A DNA stretch of 51,040 nt from a virus. Its lineage: Duplodnaviria; Caudoviricetes. Below, piece by piece: positions 43,815 to 51,040 of the stretch. Where the stretch lies: positions 1 through 51,040 of IMG/VR virus record IMGVR_UViG_3300037424_001249; one strand, written 5' to 3'. Made by a program: the position numbers and the translations under genes. The notes under the pieces are model-generated. The model made no database searches and had not been told where the DNA came from. It was given only the letters and a program-made list of their open reading frames with translations. Numbering within the stretch: position 1 is the stretch's first letter; each line of letters begins with the position of its first letter.

Positions 43815-45796
43815 TGTTTGGGCTCCCATACCATCAATCGTCCGTTGGTATCTCTAACGGTTTGCATGCTCTTTGTCATGGTGCGACACAACGCAGGTTC
43901 CGCTTCAACGGCCTTGGCGAGGTCTGGCACCACCTCTTGCAACGACTCTCTCATAATCAGCGCCATGCGTTCGGCGGACTCGGGCGCGCTATGTTCAGCC
44001 ATCTCCGCGATCAATTCGTCGTGAACGTTCAGCACCAGGCGATCTCCGAACATGGGTGACGCTTGGTCACAGTACATCTCACGTGACACGCGAATCATGG
44101 CCCTCTTGGTAGCAACCGCCAAGAGCCCTTGGAACGGGGTGTTCAGGTATTGGGTGTAACCGCACTTTCCGCGCACCACTTTGGACACTGGGATCGTTGC
44201 CGTGATCCAGCGCCCTGCCTTGGACAACTTCGAGGCGAGGTCGAATCTGGCTTTTTGCTCTGGCCAGGCCTTGAGCCACCCGATATCCAGTTGCTTGGCG
44301 ACGTCAAGGCACGCTGCGCAAACCCGGCGCTCCTTGCCTTGCACTTTGATCACGACCTTGCGCGCGCCACAGCACTTAGACACGTCTGTCAACAGGCAGA
44401 ATCGGGACCCTTCGTAGACTCTCCCGTCAGGCCCCACCGTGGTTCCGTTTTTCCCGTTGCGAGCGTTGTATGTCATCGCGCCCGCGCCCATGCCCCCTCC
44501 TTTACCGAAATTGAAAACCTTGCCCAGATCGCGGAAGACCTTGACTCGTGGCTCGTGAGACTTGTGCATCGCAACGACGGAATCGTAGGTCAGCCCGCCC
44601 ATAAACGACGCAGCGGCGATGAGGTGGAGGTCTTGCCCAGCGATCAGCGCGTCTGCCATGCGCGAGAAGTGGACATCCCAAATCGCGACCTGGGCCATTG
44701 TCCTCAGCTCGCCACCACCGTAATCGACCGAGCAATACACCTTGCCCTGTCGCGCCTCGAAACACTCCCTGACGCCCCCTTTCTGCGGAAACTGTTGAGC
44801 GTTGGAGCTGACTCTGGTCGTCGCCACAAGGATGTTGAATTCCGGGTTCCAGGGCTGATCAACCCCAGCATCCAGTATGGGAATGTAAGTGTTTAGGTAC
44901 TTGTCGTTCTTCCCAGCCTTGGCGTAACTCTCGAGGAGCGCGCTACCCGACTCGGCCAGGGTGTCACGGTCGCTCGAGACCTGACCCTCAGGGTAGCGCT
45001 TGGTTGGTTTCGTCTTCGGCGGCGCTCCGTCGTAAGCCTTGGTCACCAACTCGGCAAGTCGCTTTTTGTCCTCCGTTCCGTCTACCCTGATGATCCTGCA
45101 CTTCTGAAATTCGAAGGTGGCTGCAAGGTCTGCGGCTTCGACACGCGCGCGAAGCTTGGTCACGGTCGCACCGTTGGCACGCACGCCCCAAATGGACATG
45201 AGTTGAAGTGCGAAAGCCGCTCCCATTTGCGTGGGCTCATCGTGTAAATTTAGCCCCCCGACCTGTTGGCGGTAAATCTCGAGCGGGAATGCGACGTCGC
45301 GCAACGGATACACTCGCGCCGCCCACGGCCAAAGTTCGATCGGGGTGTGGGCAAGCTCACCGTAGCGCTTGCGCCAAGCGTCGGGCGACTTCTTTTCGGC
45401 CGCAAGGTCAAGACCAAGGTAGCGTTGGGCGAGGAGTTTTAGACCGTACCGGATGCCAATCCCGTCCTCGCCTCGGTCTACCAGCTCGCCTTTGCCGATG
45501 TCGATCAACGCCTCACGGATTGCCACGTCATGCAGTCGGCCGGAGTCACACGCTTCGTAGATCGGGTCAACGAGCGACGGGTCAACCGCGCACAGGCACC
45601 CTAGGTCGTACACCAGATTGCACCCCACAACGTGAGCCTTGGGGTCGCGAATCTGTTTCTGGAACCACGCCAGGGCTTGCGCCGGAGTCAACAGGTGACA
45701 CCCGGTGTCGTTGGCAACGGAACCGCAAACGATCTCGGGCGCGGCTACCCCCGGGCGAGACAGGTAGGTTTCAAGATCGAATGCGGCCATGGTCAC
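43811..45796 (-). CDS. polA: family A DNA polymerase with 3'-5' exonuclease
   Basis: FDLET, N..YD, motif A DYGGGELR, motif B R..GKVFNFG, motif C VHDE. Confidence 0.9.
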   Translation of the reverse strand: MTMAAFDLETYLSRPGVAAPEIVCGSVANDTGCHLLTPAQALAWFQKQIRDPKAHVVGCNLVYDLGCLCAVDPSLVDPIYEACDSGRLHDVAIREALIDIGKGELVDRGEDGIGIRYGLKLLAQRYLGLDLAAEKKSPDAWRKRYGELAHTPIELWPWAARVYPLRDVAFPLEIYRQQVGGLNLHDEPTQMGAAFALQLMSIWGVRANGATVTKLRARVEAADLAATFEFQKCRIIRVDGTEDKKRLAELVTKAYDGAPPKTKPTKRYPEGQVSSDRDTLAESGSALLESYAKAGKNDKYLNTYIPILDAGVDQPWNPEFNILVATTRVSSNAQQFPQKGGVRECFEARQGKVYCSVDYGGGELRTMAQVAIWDVHFSRMADALIAGQDLHLIAAASFMGGLTYDSVVAMHKSHEPRVKVFRDLGKVFNFGKGGGMGAGAMTYNARNGKNGTTVGPDGRVYEGSRFCLLTDVSKCCGARKVVIKVQGKERRVCAACLDVAKQLDIGWLKAWPEQKARFDLASKLSKAGRWITATIPVSKVVRGKCGYTQYLNTPFQGLLAVATKRAMIRVSREMYCDQASPMFGDRLVLNVHDELIAEMAEHSAPESAERMALIMRESLQEVVPDLAKAVEAEPALCRTMTKSMQTVRDTNGRLMVWEPKQ

Positions 45797-46032
45797 GGCT
45801 GGCGCTCAACGCACACTTGCTCGTCGTGTGCAGGGACTGTTTCGTACGACTCGCACATGAACGCGTTGCACCGTCGACCCGCCAAAGTCTCGTTCACGTG
45901 CTGAGGTTGGTACTTGACGCAAGGCGCGTTACGTCGACGAACTTCACCAGACCCCAAGACAAGGACTGTTGTGAAAACGACCGTGCCAACGATGGCAATC
46001 ACGAGGGTTGGCCAATCCACGTATTTTAGCAT
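45793..46032 (-). CDS. small membrane-anchored Cys-containing protein
   Basis: N-terminal TM, four Cys; coupled to neighbours. Confidence 0.55.
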   Translation of the reverse strand: MLKYVDWPTLVIAIVGTVVFTTVLVLGSGEVRRRNAPCVKYQPQHVNETLAGRRCNAFMCESYETVPAHDEQVCVERQP

Positions 46033-46397
46033 GTCTTACCCCCGTGACGGTGTGGGCGCGTCTCGTTGTACCGTGCCTTGAGGCTCACGGCGAGGCCCAG
46101 GTTGATGCCAAGAGCACCTGCCAAGTCGGCCACGCGAATGATGATGTCAGCCAATTCGACCGGAACTCCCTCGGGCTTGAGTGACCCAGCGTTGTAGTAG
46201 GTCTCGCACAAGTGTCCGTTGCGGTACTCCTCAAGGACTTCCGAGGCTTCCGAGTGGATCAAGGCGATCTTCTCGGGAATCGTTTTGGCCACCTTGGCGG
46301 GATCGAGTGTCTGAGAGCCGTTGTCCAACTGGTCATCCCACCAGCCCTTGCGGCGTGAGCGATCGTGTGAGTCGGAAACAAGTTCGTCGAGATTCAC
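46026..46397 (-). CDS. MazG-like NTP pyrophosphohydrolase
   Basis: ALIHSEASEVLEEYR, VELADIIIR..D, K..YN..R..RHGGK. Confidence 0.85.
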   Translation of the reverse strand: MNLDELVSDSHDRSRRKGWWDDQLDNGSQTLDPAKVAKTIPEKIALIHSEASEVLEEYRNGHLCETYYNAGSLKPEGVPVELADIIIRVADLAGALGINLGLAVSLKARYNETRPHRHGGKTC

Positions 46398-46603
46398 AGG
46401 GGCAGTCCTCTCACGGCATCGGCGGGAACCATAGAAGGGTAACCCCATGGGGTTGGTCCCTCGGTCACGGCTACGAGATCAAGCAGGCGATCGTTGGGGA
46501 GAAAGAAGGCCAGATCCCAACCGTAAGTCCCCTCTCCGATTTCAATGGTTTCATCTGCGTAGAACTTACCTGACGGTTTGAAGAAATTGACTCGAACTTT
46601 CAC
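46394..46603 (-). CDS. hypothetical protein
   Basis: FFKPSGKFY motif; GTGA coupling. Confidence 0.6.
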   Translation of the reverse strand: MKVRVNFFKPSGKFYADETIEIGEGTYGWDLAFFLPNDRLLDLVAVTEGPTPWGYPSMVPADAVRGLPL

Positions 46604-47979
46604 TTGGACCCCCGGATCAGTGCGGCGATTGCATCAAAGAGCTTGGCGAGGTTCTCTCGGTTGTCGCCCGTGGGCAGTGGGCCGCCTGGCAACTCTTCGC
46701 CTGGCAACGTTTGCACGGGCAAAGGCAACGACACTTGCCCGTGCAAAGGCAACGACACTTGCACGGGCAAAGGCAACGACACTTGCGCGGTCGCCACAGC
46801 ACGTGGCTTGCGAGCCTTAGGAGTCAGGGCAGTGGCGATGTCAGCACGTTCCGCCGGGGTCGGTGCGCTCGGGGAGTCCAGAGCACAACCAATGTGCTTC
46901 CAGCGCCCGTCGGGCAGCCTCGATCCGTTCGTCGGGTTGAGCGCAGCGCCACAGGCACACGCGGGGCCGGGCATGTCGGGTGGGGTCACAGATTCCGTCT
47001 TCGGCTCAGGCAGGTCCAAGGGCGAGACGCTTTGCCGCAAGGTCTGAAACCGCCGCAAAACCTCCGCGGATTCTTCGGGAGTTGGGAGCCGGTGCTCATG
47101 CCTCAGCTCAGTCTTCGGGGTCTCAAGCTTCGGTTCTGTCTTCGGGGCGAGGTCGTCAAGTCCTGCGAACAGCGCTTCTTCTTCGGGCGTTAGTGCCACG
47201 TGTGTTGCTCCTTTGAAAGCTTGACAGATTGATTGGTGAGGACAGCCGTTCCACGCTTCACATGCTCGCGTTGCGCCACGGTGGTTCGATGGCACATCTT
47301 GCTGGTGTTCCACGTTGTAGATCTCGCCTATACTGGCGACGAGTTTTTCGATTGCGGCCTTGCGCTCAAAGACCTGGTCAAGCGTTACAACAGCAGACCT
47401 GATGAACGAATCAACGCCCTTCTTGCTCACGTTGTGGTGTACGATTCTCCACTGTTTTGCGTCTGGCCAGTAGGGGAGCTGACTCAGCACGTACACCGGC
47501 ATTTGGACGGTTCGGATCAGCGCGCTGGCCTGCTTCGCGTTGGCGTGAATGTCCGATCCGAACTTGTGATCCCAGATTTCTGGGATGTTTCCGCGCCGAA
47601 ACGCCAAGTCAATGAATCCGTCGAACGGCACGCCCCAGATCGTGAGAGTCTCGTCAACGTCGACTGGAATCCAGTTTCCCGAGGTGTCAAGTTTCGGCTG
47701 ACCTGAGAACCGATCTTCCACTCTCATGTCTGACCCGGGTGAGGGCAACTCGCCCTTGACGATAGCACCTGTAACGGCCTTGCCCATCTTGACACGGCCC
47801 TTGGGCTTCTCTCCGGTCAGGAAGTAGTTGGCCAGGAGGGCGTGGCCCGCCTCGCCGTCGCTCTGAGCTTTGGTCTGATCAGGTCTGAGATCGTTGACCC
47901 GCTCAAACCACCAACGCCGATTGCAACCGCCCGTCTGAGAGTGATCGAACGACTCCACCTGAGACGTGCTGAGGATCAT
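46600..47979 (-). CDS. PD-(D/E)XK (Cas4/RecB-like) exonuclease with low-complexity C-terminus
   Basis: S.SQ..C.RRWW, G...H, GFIDL, WDHK, Q..VY, C..C.H..IC. Confidence 0.8.
   Translation of the reverse strand: MILSTSQVESFDHSQTGGCNRRWWFERVNDLRPDQTKAQSDGEAGHALLANYFLTGEKPKGRVKMGKAVTGAIVKGELPSPGSDMRVEDRFSGQPKLDTSGNWIPVDVDETLTIWGVPFDGFIDLAFRRGNIPEIWDHKFGSDIHANAKQASALIRTVQMPVYVLSQLPYWPDAKQWRIVHHNVSKKGVDSFIRSAVVTLDQVFERKAAIEKLVASIGEIYNVEHQQDVPSNHRGATRACEAWNGCPHQSICQAFKGATHVALTPEEEALFAGLDDLAPKTEPKLETPKTELRHEHRLPTPEESAEVLRRFQTLRQSVSPLDLPEPKTESVTPPDMPGPACACGAALNPTNGSRLPDGRWKHIGCALDSPSAPTPAERADIATALTPKARKPRAVATAQVSLPLPVQVSLPLHGQVSLPLPVQTLPGEELPGGPLPTGDNRENLAKLFDAIAALIRGSK
46711..46786. repeat. 3 x 24-bp in-frame tandem repeat (QVSLPLPV/HG)
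   Basis: TTGC(A/C)CG(G/T)GCAAAGGCAACGACAC repeated three times. Confidence 0.9.
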
Positions 47980-48171
47980 CCGAACACCGTCACACACTCG
48001 TCAGAGCAGAGGTGGGGCGGCGGTAGGTCTGGCTCGCCCGGTCCCACCCACTGGGTTGGGGAGCCGCACACGACGCAAGGCGACACCCTGCCCGAGGCCT
48101 CCATGACACCTTTGATCGGGTTCGGCTCAGGCTCAAAGCGCACCATGGCGGAGACCTCAGGAAACTGGGCG

Positions 48172-48510
48172 TCAAATTTCATACGGTCGCTCCAGTAGAG
48201 CAAGGTCGAATGCGCACACACAATCAACTCCAAGGTCTCGAGTGTATAACAACAGATTTCTGGGGTGTGAGGAGAGTGCCACGATCTCGCCGCGCGGGTC
48301 CACAAGCCGCCAACGGTCGGTCATGCCCTCCACTTGCTCGATCTTGAGGGTTTCGCCGTCCTTTGGCTCAATGTACCTGTCAACGTTCCGACGAGTCACG
48401 GCAGGTACCTCAGGGCCACGATGATCAGCGGAGCCACTGCCACGCCAACGCAGAACGCTGCGAGTGAGACCAGCACGAGACTCGAGGTCTTCTGGACCGA
48501 TCGTGTGCAA
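48172..48510 (-). CDS. hypothetical protein (start uncertain)
   Basis: Minus-strand chain between the ATPase and the nuclease. Confidence 0.4.
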   Translation of the reverse strand: MHTIGPEDLESRAGLTRSVLRWRGSGSADHRGPEVPAVTRRNVDRYIEPKDGETLKIEQVEGMTDRWRLVDPRGEIVALSSHPRNLLLYTRDLGVDCVCAFDLALLERPYEI

Positions 48511-48578
48511 CGGCGCTCCTCAAGCCTGCGCTCGATTTCGGCGTGGTCGTTCCGGATGTACCCCCAAGACGCGCTCAC
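48396..48578 (-). CDS. small membrane protein
   Basis: GTGA overlap with the ATPase stop; C-terminal TM. Confidence 0.5.
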   Translation of the reverse strand: MSASWGYIRNDHAEIERRLEERRCTRSVQKTSSLVLVSLAAFCVGVAVAPLIIVALRYLP

Positions 48579-49498
48579 GAGACACCGTCAAGAGGGTCTG
48601 CGTTGGCAGCTTCGTTTTCGGCCTTGCGCGAAAGGTAGGCCTTGCCGATCAACGCGAGGTCCTCAGTCGTGAGGCTTCCGGCCGTCTTGAGGTCTGCGAT
48701 CTCCTTGCCCAGCGCTGCGAGGGTCGTGGCATCGTTCGCGAACTTGAGTCGCTCGATCAGCTTCTCGGCGGGAGTGGGCTCCGCTCCAGTCTCAAGCCAA
48801 GACTTGATTGCGTCGGCTACTTTGGGCCAGTCGCCGATCTCCTTGGTGCCAGGCTCCCCCCGTCGCAAGAGAGACCCCGGACTCAGGCCAGGGCAGCGTG
48901 ACTTGGCAACGTTGACGTTGCCAGAGGTATCGAGATCCAACACAACGTCAAACTCGTATTCCTGCCCCTCACGGGCCACAGCCGCGAGCCCGATCTTGCG
49001 AGGCTCACTCTTGCCCTTGGCGTTTTGCTCAATCACATACTCGCTCTTGGAGCGCATGGTTACGATCACGTGCCCTGGGTACGAGAGGATGGTGTCAACA
49101 AGCTTCGTCACGAGAGGACTGATCACCTTCCAACCGCCAGTGAACTTGTTCCCGCCGATCGCGTCAACCTGTTCCAGGGCTCCCAGCCACGAGTGAGAGT
49201 AAGAGTCGACGATCAAGACCTCGTACCCAGCAGCGCCAGCCGCTTGAATTGCCTCGATGAAGGCACTCACGTTACGCTCATCAAGCACCCCGCCGTCGGC
49301 CACGGGTCGGCCCTGCGCGTCGTATGCTGCTGCGCACTTGGCCAGTGAGCCGCGCTCAGAGTCAATTGCAGCGATCCTCTTGCCGAACATTTGGGCAAGG
49401 GTGAGCGCCGCGTAGGTCTTACCGCCACCACTCACGCCCTGGATCGCGAGCCTCAGGTAAGCTTGCTTTCGGGCAAGTGGTTTAAACGCAAAAGCCAT
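48575..49498 (-). CDS. Sak4-like AAA_24 ATPase (recombination)
   Basis: GVSGGGKT, IDSERGS, IVDSYSHSW, HVIVTMRSK, EYEFD, KSRC. Confidence 0.85.
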   Translation of the reverse strand: MAFAFKPLARKQAYLRLAIQGVSGGGKTYAALTLAQMFGKRIAAIDSERGSLAKCAAAYDAQGRPVADGGVLDERNVSAFIEAIQAAGAAGYEVLIVDSYSHSWLGALEQVDAIGGNKFTGGWKVISPLVTKLVDTILSYPGHVIVTMRSKSEYVIEQNAKGKSEPRKIGLAAVAREGQEYEFDVVLDLDTSGNVNVAKSRCPGLSPGSLLRRGEPGTKEIGDWPKVADAIKSWLETGAEPTPAEKLIERLKFANDATTLAALGKEIADLKTAGSLTTEDLALIGKAYLSRKAENEAANADPLDGVS

Positions 49499-49628
49499 GG
49501 TCGATCTCCTTGGTTGTTGTGGGCACGTCGAAGATCTAACAGACGACTCAGGTTGGCGCAAGGGCTTGCGTAACTGTTTCGGGAGCGCTATATATTCGAG
49601 GCCCACAACAACCAAGGAGCACCACACA

Positions 49629-50012
49629 ATGGCGTACAAAGAGATTGACCCTGGCCCCGCGCCCGAGATGGGGACGTTTTACAAGTTCACGGCAATTGGT
49701 CAGAAATTCGCAGGGATCTTCGTGAGCTTCTCGACCGAGGAAGGGAACTTCGGCAAGGAGAACCGTTGGGTTTTCCGCAACAAGGATGGCCCGTTCACGA
49801 TCACTGCGAACTTCGACCTTCACCGTCGCCTGCTCAAGGCAGACCTTCGCCCGGGGCACAAAGCGTTGATTGAGTACCTCAAGGATGCCCCTGCCAAGCC
49901 CGGCCAGTCGGGTATGAAGCTGTTCTCACTCAAGGTCGACTCTGACCCGTCGACGCCAGCGGTTGAGACCCCAGCCAACGCGACTCCCCCCGCGAATGAT
50001 CTCCCGTTCTAA
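49629..50012 (+). CDS. ssb: single-stranded DNA-binding protein (OB fold)
   Basis: AAGGAG RBS; beta-rich core; acidic tail ending DLPF. Confidence 0.7.
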   Translation: MAYKEIDPGPAPEMGTFYKFTAIGQKFAGIFVSFSTEEGNFGKENRWVFRNKDGPFTITANFDLHRRLLKADLRPGHKALIEYLKDAPAKPGQSGMKLFSLKVDSDPSTPAVETPANATPPANDLPF

Positions 50013-50201
50013 ATTCGACCGATCAAGAGCGGCATGGTTGCGCGAGGTTCACGCGCGCACCATGGCGCTTCTCGTTAAGACTGACGTCTATCGCGACCTC
50101 AATCTCTTGACCGAGTGTTTCTCGCACAAGCTGCACAGGTGGGATGAGACTGACGAATCGTGGTACGTGGCTCACTGCCGAGCCCTGGGGTGCAGGCCCC
50201 A

Positions 50202-50537
50202 CTACCCACGACGGGCGCGGAACGCCGCGATTGCCGCTTCGACGTCTTCGACCGAGCGAGCCACAACGTAGAGAGCACCAAGCGAGTTGAATGTTGATTG
50301 GAAGGCCACCTGATCTTCGGACTGGTGGCCTTTTTCAGTTTTGACCTCGATACCGATTGCGACACCAAGGCCCTTGACCGTCAAGATTCCGTTGATGTCA
50401 GGCAGACCTGGGGGGTTGAATTGAACCCACCTCGGGCCCATCTTGGCTCGACCTACGTTGGTCCGCCACAGGCGGATTCCAGGCCTAGCGCCGAACGCTA
50501 CAAGGATGTCATGCTGAATCTGCGCTTCGGTGGTCAT
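50202..50537 (-). CDS. VRR-NUC domain nuclease
   Basis: EAQIQ..I, GLPDI, IEVK..KG..S..Q..F, VARSVED. Confidence 0.88.
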   Translation of the reverse strand: MTTEAQIQHDILVAFGARPGIRLWRTNVGRAKMGPRWVQFNPPGLPDINGILTVKGLGVAIGIEVKTEKGHQSEDQVAFQSTFNSLGALYVVARSVEDVEAAIAAFRARRG

Positions 50538-50698
50538 GCTCGCGCAGTCTAGCAGCTTCTAGCGCGCCACGCACCCACCCACCCTCTTTACCCCAATTAT
50601 ACACGGTACTCATTGCCACACCTAACTTAGCCCCCACGTCGGCCAACGTCATACCTTTTTGTACAACTTTCGCGCTAGGTCCTTATTTTTCAGGTTTC

Positions 50699-51040
50699 TC
50701 ACCTCGAGCCAACCACCCACCTATAAATCGTAGACTTGCTCACACCTAATTTCTTGCTTATTTCTTTAAGGGTTAGTTTTTGTTCTGTGTACATTTTTCG
50801 TGCGGCCTCCACACGCGCAACATCCTGCTCTTTAGTTTCGGCGCTAGACCGCAACCACCCACCTTTACGCCCCAACCTATGAATCGTAGACTTGCTCACA
50901 CCTAATTTCTTGCTTATTTCTTTAGGGGTTAGTTTTTGTTCTGTGTACATTTTTCGTGCCTGCTCTTTTCGTGAGTCCTCCTCCGGTTCAGGTTCCTCGA
51001 CTTCAACGCTGAATTCCTTGCGCTGCTTTCCGTTCGGGAG
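50699..51040 (-). CDS. 3' end of the SF2 helicase, version with two tandem HTH units
   Basis: Overlaps window positions 1-208 but carries an extra 156-bp HTH unit. Confidence 0.75.
   Translation of the reverse strand, partial: LPNGKQRKEFSVEVEEPEPEEDSRKEQARKMYTEQKLTPKEISKKLGVSKSTIHRLGRKGGWLRSSAETKEQDVARVEAARKMYTEQKLTLKEISKKLGVSKSTIYRWVVGSR

Noticed and set aside
42093-46397. 2-aminoadenine (Z) genome system
   Set aside because: No PurZ/PurA-like ORF is seen in the window.
46711-46786. Mini-CRISPR associated with the Cas4-like nuclease
   Set aside because: The three 24-bp units are tandem, lack unique spacers and lie in frame within a low-complexity protein tail.
50550-50580. Ninth sigma54 cassette upstream of VRR-NUC (TGGCGCGCTAGAAGCT)
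   Set aside because: It has GG-N10-GC spacing but no upstream motif at 45-47 bp, and the start codon is 17 nt away; it may be chance.

Overview
The window is an apparently complete, circularly permuted ~50.7-50.8 kb GC-rich tailed dsDNA phage genome; its two ends overlap in the helicase 3' end. It has a lambda-type packaging and head module (Nu1-like TerS, gpA-like TerL, gpW, portal, protease-capsid fusion) joined to a Mu-type contractile tail. It also has an autonomous replication and recombination set (PolA, primase-polymerase/D5 helicase, SF2 helicase, SSB, Sak4-like ATPase, PD-(D/E)XK nuclease, VRR-NUC), nucleotide-metabolism genes, ParB and an oligoribonuclease. I recognised no integrase, repressor or CRISPR array. 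The most striking unexplained structure is a family of eight minus-strand regulatory cassettes between 2.6 and 13.1 kb. Each has a conserved upstream motif (GGGTCAT-N-GGTGGGTGCCGAT on +) 45-47 bp from a sigma54-type GG-N10-GC promoter, with a start codon 13-14 nt after the -12 GC. This suggests a near-leaderless sigma54/enhancer-driven regulon in a phage with no recognisable enhancer-binding protein of its own. A second notable element is a 350-bp imperfect palindrome beside a stand-alone protein with two primase-type winged-helix domains. All product calls come from motif recognition by eye; no database searches were run.
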